This document shows, piece after piece, positions 9,556-18,603 of a DNA stretch of 64,000 bases. Every line of letters begins with the position of its first letter. Positions within the stretch are counted from its first letter, which is position 1. This stretch comes from an uncultured delta proteobacterium. GTDB taxonomy: Bacteria; Desulfobacterota; Syntrophorhabdia; Syntrophorhabdales; WCHB1-27. The notes beneath the pieces were generated by a model. That model was not told where the DNA came from. It was given only the letters and a program-made list of their open reading frames with translations, and ran no database searches. The stretch lies in assembly GCA_963821605.1 (NCBI GenBank), contig CAWGEZ010000059.1, positions 41,210 to 105,209 of the forward strand, written 5' to 3'. The position numbers were made by a program, and so were the translations under genes.

Positions 9556-11094
9556 ATGAAGGCAACAAAGTCACGGAAGAAAAGCTCAGGACTGCCGGCG
9601 CCAAAACTGACGCCGTCGCGGTTTCGCTATGCCTTGAGCAAGCATCGGCTTACCATCAGCCCGTCCTGCACCAACTGCGGTCTCTGCGTCGAACTCTGTC
9701 CGTACGGGGTTTACGCGAAGGGCGCAAGGGTGCCGAGGATACCGAACGAGCACCTCTGCCTGGGGCCCGGCTGCGAGAAGAACGCGTTCTATTGCGTGGG
9801 CCGTTGCCCCGTGGCTGCGATCAGCATGCGCCCCAACCCTTCATTCGAGCTGCTTGGGGACAAGCGCTGGACGGCTGATCTGCTTGCCAGTACGTGGCAT
9901 ATGGCGGAGACGGGTCACCCCCCTTATCAGGACCTGAACTACAAGACGGGCGATTCGGGCGGCGGTTTCGATAAGCTGCGCCTGCTTTATCCCGTCAACG
10001 GAAATGGCAGGCAGGCCGCGGAAATCAAAGAGAAGGATATCTCATTGGCGATCGAACTGAACCGCTCAGGAGATGCGCGGCCGAAGGTCACGATCCCCGT
10101 GCCCCTCTACCTGGGCGGCATGTCTTTTGGCTCTGTCAGTATCGTTACCATGCTCTCCCGCGTGCGGGCGGCAGCCACTCTCGGCACGTTCTGCTGCACC
10201 GGTGAAGGCGGTTATCCTGACGAGCTCATACCCTACGATGATCACGTCATCACGCAGGTAGCGACAGGTCTCTTCGGGGTGAGGGAAGAGACGATCCAGC
10301 GGGTCCGTATCGTCGAGTTCAAGTATGCTCAGGGCGCGAAGCCCGGTCTCGGCGGCCATCTGCTCGGTGACAAGGTGACCCCGGCAGTTGCCACTGATGC
10401 GGGAGGCGGTTGCGGGAAGCGCGCTCTTTTCGCCGTTTCCCTTTCACAGTGTCTACTCGGTGGAGGACCACAAGAAACATGTCGACTGGATCAAGGCGAT
10501 AAACCCGAAGGCCCTGGTCTCCGTCAAGGTCTCCACACCGACGGACGTGGACATGGTGGCCGTCGGCAGCTTTTACGCTGGCGCGCACATCATCCAGCTG
10601 GACGGCAGTTACGGCGGAACCGGCGCGGCGCCGGACATCGCCAAGAAGAATATCGCCATGCCCATCGAGTATGCGGTGCCGAAGGTGCACAAGTTCCTTA
10701 CGGAAGAGGGTATCCGGGACCACATAACGGTCATCGCCTCAGGCGGCATCCGCAATGCTTACGACGCGGCCAAGGTGATCGCGCTGGGCGCGGACGGGGT
10801 CTGCCTCGGCACGGCGGACATGGTGCGCTTGAGTGCATGCGCTGTCACCACTGCGAGTCAGGGCGCGGCTGCGCACGCGGCATTGCCACAACGGACGAAG
10901 AACTGACCAACCTCATGGACGTCGAATGGGGCACGCAGCGTATCATCAACATGTATCTTGCCTGGTGCGAGCAGCTCAAACAGATTCTCAAGCGGCTCGG
11001 CATGAAGAGCATCAAGGAGCTTACCGGGCGGACGGATGCTCTGGTCCACATTGACTATATGAAGAAGGAAGAAGTGCAAGGGGAGATAGACTGA
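9556..11094 (+). CDS. ferredoxin domain fused to the glutamate synthase FMN (central) domain, archaeal split-GltB type (paralog B); frame switches near 10390 and 10825
   Basis: CTNCGLCVELCP and CVGRCP clusters. Also YLGGMSFGSVS, CCTGEGGYPDE, FKYAQGAKPGLGGHL, IIQLDGSYGGTGAAP and VIASGGIRNAYDAAKVIALGADGV. The middle part lies in ORF 10388-10906. Confidence 0.8.
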   Translation: MKATKSRKKSSGLPAPKLTPSRFRYALSKHRLTISPSCTNCGLCVELCPYGVYAKGARVPRIPNEHLCLGPGCEKNAFYCVGRCPVAAISMRPNPSFELLGDKRWTADLLASTWHMAETGHPPYQDLNYKTGDSGGGFDKLRLLYPVNGNGRQAAEIKEKDISLAIELNRSGDARPKVTIPVPLYLGGMSFGSVSIVTMLSRVRAAATLGTFCCTGEGGYPDELIPYDDHVITQVATGLFGVREETIQRVRIVEFKYAQGAKPGLGGHLLGDKVTPAVATDAGGGCGKRALFAVSLSQCLLGGGPQETCRLDQGDKPEGPGLRQGLHTDGRGHGGRRQLLRWRAHHPAGRQLRRNRRGAGHRQEEYRHAHRVCGAEGAQVPYGRGYPGPHNGHRLRRHPQCLRRGQGDRAGRGRGLPRHGGHGALECMRCHHCESGRGCARGIATTDEELTNLMDVEWGTQRIINMYLAWCEQLKQILKRLGMKSIKELTGRTDALVHIDYMKKEEVQGEID

Positions 11095-11201
11095 AGTTAC
11101 AAGTTACAGGTTACGTGCAAGAACCGTTACAGGTTACGAGGTTCGAGACGCGAGGCTAAAGGAGAAAGGCCAAAGCGCTGGGAGCTGATAGCTGAGAGCA
11201 C

Positions 11202-12680
11202 ATGAGGGAAAAGGTTATGAACGAGTCGGAGATCAGGGCGATTTTGAATGCGCGGGCTCACCTGCGGGCGTATGCGTCTCCCAGAGGGCAGAAAGAGGCT
11301 GAGGAAGGCGGCTGCGGTGTTACCGGTTTTGCCTGCAGCATCCCGGTGAGCGGACGCCACATCTTTGAACCCTCAGTCCAGATGCACAATCGCGGGAACG
11401 GCAAGGGCGGCGGCATAGCGGCGGTGGGGCTCGATCCTCTCCAGCTTGGTGTGAGCCAGAGCGTGCTCGACGAGGATTTCTGCATCCAGGTGTCGCTCCT
11501 TGACGAGACAGCCCTGCCCGAGATCGAGGCGAGGTTTATCCGGCCCAACTTCCGGGTCGACCACGAGGGCTTCCTCGATACGGTCGATGACTACCGGGAT
11601 GTTCCCGGTCTGGAGCTGAAACCGCCCGCAGTGAAACGGTACTTTGTCCGGGTCAAGCCGGAGGCGCTCGACCGGTTTCAGAAGGAGCGCGGTCTCGCCG
11701 GGCTCTCCGCCGAAAAAGCGGAAGAGGAGTTCATCTACCAGAACAGCTTTCAGCTTAACTACAGCTACTACAGCTCACTGGGCGAGAAGCGGGCCTTTGT
11801 CCTTTCTCACGGCCGCAACATGATGATCCTGAAGATCGTCGGCTACGCCGAGCAGGTGGCGCAGTACTATAAACTCGAGAGCTTCAAGGCGCACGTCTGG
11901 ATCGCCCACCAGCGCTACCCGACCAAGGGACGCGTCTGGCATCCGGGTGGAGCGCATCCCTTCATCGGGCTGGATGAGGCGCTCGTCCACAACGGCGACT
12001 TCGCCAACTACTACTCGGTGAGTGAGTACCTGCGCCAGCGGAACATCTTCCCTCTCTTCCTGACCGACACCGAGGTCTCCGTCCAGGTGTTCGACCTGCT
12101 GAATCGCGTCTATGGCTATCCCCTGGAGTACATCATCGAGTCGCTGGCGCCCACAGCGGAGATGGACTTCGACCATTTGCCGCCGGAGAAGCAGCGCATT
12201 TACCGGCAGATCCAGGCGACCCAGATCCACGGCTCACCCGACGGGCCCTGGTTCTTCATCATCGCCCGCACCCTGCCGAAAGAGAAGAAGTTCCAGCTCA
12301 TCGGCATCACCGACACGGCCATGCTCAGGCCGCAGGTCTTTGCTTTGCAGAAGGGCGATCTTCAGATAGGGCTTATCTGCTCAGAGAAACAGGCCATCGA
12401 CGCCACGCTCGATAGCTTGGCTGCCGAGGACCCGCGGTTCGGGACCGTCGCTGACCGTTACTGGAACGCCCGCGGCGGCAGCTACACGGATGGCGGCGCC
12501 TTTATCTTCACGGTTGACCCCAAGGGCAACGGCAACGCGCTTACCTGTACAGACAAGTTCGGCGGGCCGATCGAGGTGCAGAGGGACCGTGAACATATAC
12601 GACTTCCGCAAGGAATTCAAAGCACCCGCCCTCGAAAAGGCCGTGCAGCAACGGCTGGAAGAGCTGGTGACAAAAGGTGA
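11202..12680 (+). CDS. class II (Ntn) glutamine amidotransferase, GltB domain-1-like; 3' end uncertain
   Basis: GGCGVTGFAC...HNRGNGKGGGIA, then WIAHQRYPTKGRVWHPGGAHPF and VHNGDFANY. The last ~90 nt overlap the next gene in another frame, so the true stop or a fusion is unresolved. Confidence 0.75.
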   Translation: MREKVMNESEIRAILNARAHLRAYASPRGQKEAEEGGCGVTGFACSIPVSGRHIFEPSVQMHNRGNGKGGGIAAVGLDPLQLGVSQSVLDEDFCIQVSLLDETALPEIEARFIRPNFRVDHEGFLDTVDDYRDVPGLELKPPAVKRYFVRVKPEALDRFQKERGLAGLSAEKAEEEFIYQNSFQLNYSYYSSLGEKRAFVLSHGRNMMILKIVGYAEQVAQYYKLESFKAHVWIAHQRYPTKGRVWHPGGAHPFIGLDEALVHNGDFANYYSVSEYLRQRNIFPLFLTDTEVSVQVFDLLNRVYGYPLEYIIESLAPTAEMDFDHLPPEKQRIYRQIQATQIHGSPDGPWFFIIARTLPKEKKFQLIGITDTAMLRPQVFALQKGDLQIGLICSEKQAIDATLDSLAAEDPRFGTVADRYWNARGGSYTDGGAFIFTVDPKGNGNALTCTDKFGGPIEVQRDREHIRLPQGIQSTRPRKGRAATAGRAGDKR

Positions 12681-13852
12681 TGCTTATGCGCTGTTCACCT
12701 ATCTGAGAGAAAAAGTCCTTGCGTGGAATTATGATATGATCCGCTCCGCCCTGGACTACCTGGCGATGCTGGGTCACCCGGGCCTTTACAAGGGAACGGT
12801 CATCAGTGCTCTCACCTTGCTGCTCGACCGGCGCTACCCGCTGGGCAGAAAGCGTCGCCGTTCCATCTTGCAGATGCTGAATACGAGCCTCGACGGCATG
12901 TTTCAGGCCATCCCGCCCATTGAGGAGGCGGAGGTCGGCAGTTACGTGCGGATCCAGTATGATGACCGCGGGAAGCTCCGCGCGCCGCACCGCAACGAAA
13001 GAGTGCTCGTGGTCGATGCCAAAGAGTTCCCGCCGGAGGGCGATGACTGTCACAGCAGACTGGTCACGGAGGCTTATCTGCTGGGCTGGCGACACTTCAT
13101 AGCCTTTGGCCACAAGGGGCAGCGTTTCCTGGGCTGCGCACTCGGCCCGCACACAAAGGACGTGCGCATCGATGCCTACGGTTCAACAGGTGATTACCTG
13201 GCTTCCGGCATTGACGGCCTGGAGATCTACGTCCATGGCAATGCCCAGGACCAGCTCGGCCAGATCCTCAAGTCCGGGAAGCTGGTGGTTCACGGGGACG
13301 TAGGCCAGACGTTCATGTATGGGGCCAAGGGTGGCGAAGTCTATGTGCTCGGGAATGCCGCGGGCCGGCCCCTCATCAACGCCGCAGGAAAACCCCGCGT
13401 CGTGATCAACGGAACAGCACTCGACTTCCTCGCAGAATCCTTCATGGCAGGCGACCCCCTTAAAGGCGGCGGCTTCGTGGTGCTGAACGGGCTGACGGTC
13501 GATGATGACGGTAATGTGACTCCGCTCCCGACGCCTTATCCCGGTTCCAATCTCTTCTCGCTTGCATCAGGTGGGGCGATTTTCGTGCGCGATCCGCATC
13601 GCAAGCTTGTGCCGGAACAGCTGAACGGCGGCGAGTTCCGCGACTTCACAGAGGCAGACTGGCAGCTTATTCTACCGTACCTGGAGGAGAATGAGCGCCT
13701 CTTCGGCATCTCCATCGACGATGCACCTGCTGACGGTGGATGGTGTAAAGCGCGCACCTGCCGACATCTACCGGACTATAAGGGCGGTGAAGCTCGCGGT
13801 GTTGACGGGGAAGATGCAGGAGGCGTGCCTGGAAGAGTGGGGGGAAGACTAG
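12589..13852 (+). CDS. GXGXG-repeat protein (GltB C-terminal domain-like); frame switch near 13725
   Basis: GTG 12589 follows GAGGTGCAGAGGGA. Contains AYGSTGDYLASGIDGLEIYVHGNAQDQLGQILKSGKLVVHGDVGQTFMYGAKGGEVYVLGNAAGRP. After the switch the frame reads ...HLLTVDGVKRAPADIYRTIRAVKLAVLTGKMQEACLEEWGED* and stops at 13850-13852. Confidence 0.7.
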
Positions 13853-13920
13853 GGGCGGACGCCGGGCGCCTTTCGCGCCTAACTTCGTTGCCCTTCGGCC
13901 CGTGCTACTTCGACGTACCG

Positions 13921-13988
13921 CCAGGTACGCCTCCGTATCCCAAACCTCGGCGCGCCTCGTTATCCATCGAAATTCGCCTCGGCGTGAA
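13921..13988. repeat. copy 1 of a ~70-nt direct repeat (41-nt identical core at 13945-13985)
   Basis: The core CCTCGGCGCGCCTCGTTATCCATCGAAATTCGCCTCGGCGT is identical to 14236-14276. The 24-25 nt upstream match at about 19 of 25 positions. Confidence 0.85.
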
Positions 13989-14210
13989 CAACCGGCTTAC
14001 GACAAGGACTTTCATACCTCACAAGGTACGCTCCATTCCTCGTGGCTTGAGCGCCTAGCATCTGAGACGTTTTCTTCGCCCACCCATCCGGCAGCCTTTT
14101 TACGACGAACCTCAGCATTGCTCGACGTTGCCGGGTATCATGGAACGGCACACTTGTTCCATGGGTGTTGAAACCTTCTCTTCCGCCCAATAGCCCCCCT
14201 TGGTCATATC

Positions 14211-14279
14211 ACAAGTTACGCCTGCGTAGCCCAAGCCTCGGCGCGCCTCGTTATCCATCGAAATTCGCCTCGGCGTTAA
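14211..14279. repeat. copy 2 of the ~70-nt direct repeat (core 14236-14276)
   Basis: See copy 1. Both copies lie in the 490-nt non-coding gap between the glutamate-synthase genes and the MFS gene. Confidence 0.85.
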
Positions 14280-14344
14280 TAGAACACACGCTGGCTGTTT
14301 TCTCGTGGGATCACAAGGCTGTGCAAGGATGTATGACTGGTACC

Positions 14345-15482
14345 TCACCCCTTGTGTCGGACAAAGAAGTGGAAATAAACAAGGTTGACCATGTTCATGA
14401 GGGCCAGGCAGAGAAACATCGTCCGATAGCCGGTCAACTGGATGACGATGCCCATGGTCAAGGGTCCCAGAAAAATACCCATATCCGAGACTGCCGTGAA
14501 CGTTCCCATGACCCGACCGGCAGAAGAGCCCGCATGTTCAAGTGCATAAACCGTCAAGGAAGGCATAAGAAAGGCTTGCCCGGCCCCCCAGATCACCGCA
14601 ACGATGATAAACATCGGGAGGCTGTTGGAAAAAGCGAGGATGAACATGGAAACGAAGCCGGTGACTATGCACGGCAAAATTATTTTTTCCTTGCTGTAGA
14701 GATCCAATATTCCCGCCCAGGGCGCGACCCAGAATAAGTACAACGGCAACCGTGGTAAAGAAAAGTCCGGGATTGGTCATCCCATGGCCTACTGCATACA
14801 GAGGAAAAAAGGCGCTCAATGCCCCCCAGGTGAAGAGGGCGAACGCACTGATGATGGAGGGTGGAAGGGCTTTCCGGCTGAGAAAAAAACCTTCCTCGAC
14901 CGAAGGGTCCTGCGGCTGATCGACCTGTCTTCGGTTCAACAGACTGGCCAGCAATAGCGACAATAGCGATAAACCTCCGCAGACCAGGAAGAGCATCGTG
15001 AAGCTGAAACGGTTTATGAGGAACATGCCGAGAGGAGGCGCCAGGGCTCCGGCGATATTCATGGCCACGGTAAAATAACTGATGATTTGCCCTCGGCGGC
15101 TTCCCGAACCCATATGGGCGATCAATGTAATTGAGGCGGTATGGAAGAATGCGAATCCGATTCCCTGAAGAGCCCGCACCATAAAAACAGGCCAAAACGG
15201 GGGAGCCAAAAGATAACCGACCGCAGTAAAGGCATGAAGAAGGGCCCCACCCCTCATGAAGGTTTTTTCACTCGTCTTTGCAAGGGCCTTTCCGACGAAC
15301 GGTCTGAATGCGACCGAGGTGAGGCCGAAAATACCGACAAGAACGCCGATTTCAACTTCAGTGGAGCCCAATCTCGAAAGATAGATTGGAAAAGTGGGAA
15401 TGAGCAGTTGGAACACGAATGCAAGAGCAACCTGCGCAAGAAAAACGAGGACAAACTCACGAGTTATTATTTTCTGAGTCAT
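14345..15482 (-). CDS. MFS transporter; one frame switch near 14740
   Basis: ORF pieces 14538-15482 and 14345-14749 tile a 12-TM-like protein: FLAQVALAFVFQLLIPTFPIYL, GIFGLTSVAFRPFVGKA, FFPLYAVGHGM, then IIVAVIWGAGQAFLMPSL and VSDMGIFLGPLTMG. Confidence 0.8.
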
Positions 15483-15920
15483 TTTTGTCTTGGTTCCCTG
15501 GTTTACACTATTGTGGTTTCACGCTTAACTACCGCACGCGAGCCCCGGCGTGGCTCCAACCTTCAGCCCTGATGCTGCGGGTTTTCAGCCGGGCAGATGA
15601 ACCAGGGCGTACGGGGCAGGGCAGATGTGGTCAAATCTTCACCTAACTACTTTCGAATCCGCTCCATGGCCTTCTTCGCTTTATTATCCTTTTCCGGAAA
15701 GGGTAGAAGCCGTTTTTCGCCACACTGACACCAGTATAATCGATACCCAGCAGCCTGGCGATTCTCTAGGCATGGACGATGTTAGCACGGATTGAGGCCA
15801 CATGGAAACCAGCAATTTAATGTCCCCTTAACCACTCTGATCCTGATACCCCCTTCCACTGTCTACCTTCTTCATTACTGGTCAAAAAATAACGATCCTA
15901 AAGTGTATGTCCTCGCGGAA

Positions 15921-16004
15921 AGGTCCGAGCTCTTGGCAAAGCGTATCACGCCGTGGGTCAGCTGTTCACAAAGACTTGAATTCTCGCAAGCGAGTGCAGT
16001 CTAC
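15921..16004. repeat. remnant segment homologous to 17364-17440 (upstream flank of the ATPase gene)
   Basis: Hand alignment to 17364-17440 gives roughly two-thirds identity with small gaps. It includes the exact 11-mer GTGCAGTCTAC plus TGGGTC and AATTCT blocks, in the same orientation. Confidence 0.45.
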
Positions 16005-16115
16005 GAGTTTGTCGAGCGTTTTGAACGTGAAGACTTTTCCGCGAGTGGCTAGCAGAAGCTTCCTCATATCCTCGCGGTGCACTCCGAACCCGCGCCCGTC
16101 TGCAGGAACTTTCCC

Positions 16116-16158
16116 TTGACATGCTGTATTCTAATAGAATAATCTAATTAGAATAATC
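16116..16158 (+). promoter_or_regulatory. sigma70-like -35 box plus a tandem direct repeat over the -10 region, upstream of the ATPase gene
   Basis: TTGACA at 16116-16121. Tandem CTAATAGAATAATC (16131-16144) and CTAATTAGAATAATC (16144-16158). RBS GGAGGA at 16162-16167 and ATG at 16172. Confidence 0.35.
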
Positions 16159-16171
16159 CCTGGAGGATACC

Positions 16172-17320
16172 ATGGCGAATCCTTTTAGTATTGGGCACAT
16201 CCTTCCCGGAGAACCTTTTTGCGACAGAAAGCGCGAGCTCGAGGACCTGAAGACGCACGCGAAAAATTCGAGTAGCGTGGTTCTCTTTTCCCCGAGGCGG
16301 TATGGTAAGACTTCGTTGGTGAAGCGCGTGATGACAGACATGGAGAAAAAAGGTTTCGTCTCCACCTACGGGGATTTCTTCTCGGTAACGGATAAGAGGA
16401 GCTTCATTCAAAAGCTTGCCCTGATGGTCACCAAATCCACGGGGGAAGCTGTGGGGTCCGGTTCCTGGACTGATACCCTGAAAGGCCTGTTTAAACGCAT
16501 AATACCCAGTATTGAGATCAAACCTGAGGGCGTCAGTATCGAGATCCGCTATGATGACAGAGTCGAGGTCCCTTACCTGATAGAGGATATCTTCGCTGGC
16601 CTGTTTCGGCATCTCTCCCGCAAGAACTTGCAATGCATTATGGTATTCGATGAATTCCAGGAGATCACGAGACTGGAAGAGAGCAAAGCCATCGAAGGCA
16701 CGCTTCGGGAGCAGATGCAAGGCTCCCGGGCCCTATCCTGTTTCTTCATCGGCAGCAGGAGACGGATCCTTCAGGACATGTTTACGGACAGCAGGCGCCC
16801 CTTTTATAAACTCTGCTTCCCCTACCGGCTCGAAAAGATATCGCGGGAAGATCTCACGACCTACATCATGGAACAGTTCTCCAAAACCGGGAAAGAGTGC
16901 CCCACGGACATTGCCGGACACGTGTACGACTACGTGGAAGGTCATACGGGTTACGTGCAAAAACTTGCCCATTTTCTCTGGGACATGACGAAGCAGAGAG
17001 CTACCGAGGTGCTCCTGCGCTACTCCAAAGAAAAGTTGATGTCCATGGAATCGGAGGATTTTCAAGGGGTCTTTGCCGGGCTCACCCGCATGGAAAAGAA
17101 GCTTCTTCTCGCCTTGGCCGTAGAGCCGACCGACAAACCTTTTTCGAGAGAATACCTGGCAGGGCACCAGCTTTCTCTTGGCGGAGTCCAGAAAAATCTC
17201 AAGTCTCTGGTAGACAGGGACATCGTTGATTCAGAACTGGCTCGAACGGGAGTCTACCGGCTTACTGATCCACTTTTTGCAAAATGGGGGGTGCTCACCG
17301 ACATGGGGGAATTCGTATGA
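16172..17320 (+). CDS. Arch_ATPase-type AAA ATPase (PF01637-like), orphan
   Basis: 382 aa. FCDRKRELEDLKTHAKNSSSVVLFSPRRYGKTSLVKRV (Walker A) and IMVFDEFQEI (Walker B-like). The layout is typical of the archaeal-type ATPase family. Confidence 0.85.
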   Translation: MANPFSIGHILPGEPFCDRKRELEDLKTHAKNSSSVVLFSPRRYGKTSLVKRVMTDMEKKGFVSTYGDFFSVTDKRSFIQKLALMVTKSTGEAVGSGSWTDTLKGLFKRIIPSIEIKPEGVSIEIRYDDRVEVPYLIEDIFAGLFRHLSRKNLQCIMVFDEFQEITRLEESKAIEGTLREQMQGSRALSCFFIGSRRRILQDMFTDSRRPFYKLCFPYRLEKISREDLTTYIMEQFSKTGKECPTDIAGHVYDYVEGHTGYVQKLAHFLWDMTKQRATEVLLRYSKEKLMSMESEDFQGVFAGLTRMEKKLLLALAVEPTDKPFSREYLAGHQLSLGGVQKNLKSLVDRDIVDSELARTGVYRLTDPLFAKWGVLTDMGEFV

Positions 17321-17363
17321 GTATTTTCCTGCGGCAAATTTGTAGAAAAGGACGCCATCCGCC

Positions 17364-17440
17364 AGGTCCCGATATACCCCGTTATACCTTTGGGTCGCTA
17401 TTTCGAGGGATTTAAATTCTTTCAGGCGGGTGCAGTCTAC
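17364..17440. repeat. remnant segment homologous to 15921-16004 (downstream flank of the ATPase gene)
   Basis: See 15921-16004. Starts 44 nt after the ATPase stop. Confidence 0.45.
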
Positions 17441-17520
17441 CAGCCGGAAACGGCTCCGGAGACTGAGCCGGCACATTCTTTCGCAGTCGTACCGACGCGC
17501 TGTCTTTAATGTCGCTTGGG

Positions 17521-18198
17521 TTATTTTCCCAAAAATCCGGACCAGTGCACAAATTCGGCCAATTCGCGCCGCTGAGAGTGATACTGATTGATCGGCGACG
17601 CCAGGTCCGGGTAACCAAGTGATATGCATATCACAATCATCACGTGATTGGGGATAGCCAACTGCGACCGGATCGCACCAGCATAGCCCGTGGGAACAGC
17701 CTGGGGACAGGCGCCCAAACCCTCGGCGTGAGCCGCAAGCATCAATCCGTGTACAAAAGAACCGCAATCGAAGATCGACCACGGCGTTAATGTTCTATCC
17801 ATTGCCACGATAATAACGCAGGGTGCGTTGAAGAACTTGAAATTATTTCTGTAGGCCGCAATCACCTCATCTTGCTGCTTGTCGGGATCAATCCCCAGTG
17901 CCTTAAATCGACGCAGGCGGTGCGTTTTAAACCGTTCTTCATGGGCCGCCGGCCACGCAGTGGGAAAGGGAATGTCCGGTATCAGAGGAACGCCGTTTGC
18001 GATATCTGAAGATAGTTGCCCGGCCAGTTTGTCCTTTTTTTCGCCTGATAGCACATAGAGTTCCCAGGGCTGAGTGTTCATGTATGACGGACTTCTGTTG
18101 GCGCTGTTTACTATTTTTTCCAGTGTGCCTTGATCAATCTGTTTCTGAAGAAAAGCCCTCCGACACGCCCGTGATTCCAGTGCTTCAAAAAAGTCCAT
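17521..18198 (-). CDS. nitroreductase-family flavoprotein
   Basis: 225 aa. MDFFEALESRACRRAF...IVNSANRSPSYMNTQPWELYVL fits the nitroreductase N-terminal signature. Confidence 0.85.
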   Translation of the reverse strand: MDFFEALESRACRRAFLQKQIDQGTLEKIVNSANRSPSYMNTQPWELYVLSGEKKDKLAGQLSSDIANGVPLIPDIPFPTAWPAAHEERFKTHRLRRFKALGIDPDKQQDEVIAAYRNNFKFFNAPCVIIVAMDRTLTPWSIFDCGSFVHGLMLAAHAEGLGACPQAVPTGYAGAIRSQLAIPNHVMIVICISLGYPDLASPINQYHSQRRELAEFVHWSGFLGK

Positions 18199-18410
18199 AG
18201 TTGCCGCCCCCTTCGGGTTATTTTATCAAGATGTTCAGCAAGCAGGTTACGCAGGGATCATGAATCCAAATCTATATCTTCCGGCGAGATCTGTCAAATC
18301 CCTCCCCTATCGACCCGGCTACTCCCGGCCAAAGCGTAATATTAGCTTGTTGTGTTATCCGTTGTTTCGATGTTGGATGGGTTTTGCCCTTGGGGTTAGC
18401 AGGTCGTTAC

Positions 18411-18431
18411 ATTAGTTTCATTAGTTTCATT
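18411..18431. repeat. short tandem repeat (ATTAGTTTC x2 plus ATT)
   Basis: Read directly as attagtttcattagtttcatt in the leader region of the 868-aa gene. Confidence 0.7.
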
Positions 18432-18603
18432 GGTTCTACCGGACAAATCCCGTAATTCCAACCGCCGGCGCCATCGAACAAACAGTATGAGAACTTTGTT
18501 GTCCCGGCTGCCGAGTTGGCCGCAGCACGGAATGGACAAGGTTTTTCTGTTCATGGTACGATTTTATCAAAGAGATGAGACAGCATGACCACAGGAGATT
18601 CCA

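Noticed and set aside
13903-14013. 36-codon minus-strand ORF (MKVLVVSRLFTPRRISMDNEARRGLGYGGVPGGTSK) covering repeat copy 1.
   Set aside because: It has no convincing RBS. The second repeat copy is not embedded in an equivalent ORF start, and the composition is not protein-like.
13921-14330. Possible CRISPR array, suggested by the repeated 41-mer.
   Set aside because: Only two good copies exist, 290 nt apart. The repeat is not partially palindromic in the CRISPR manner, the spacing is irregular, and no cas genes are present.
15641-15670. TTCGAATCC string reminiscent of a tRNA T-loop.
   Set aside because: The flanking bases cannot form a T-stem or an acceptor stem, and no cloverleaf can be drawn. 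I saw no tRNA anywhere in the window.
15792-16052. 86-aa plus-strand ORF in the gap upstream of the ATPase gene.
   Set aside because: It has no RBS. It overlaps the region that reads better, though still frame-broken, on the minus strand as a gene remnant. It has no recognisable family.
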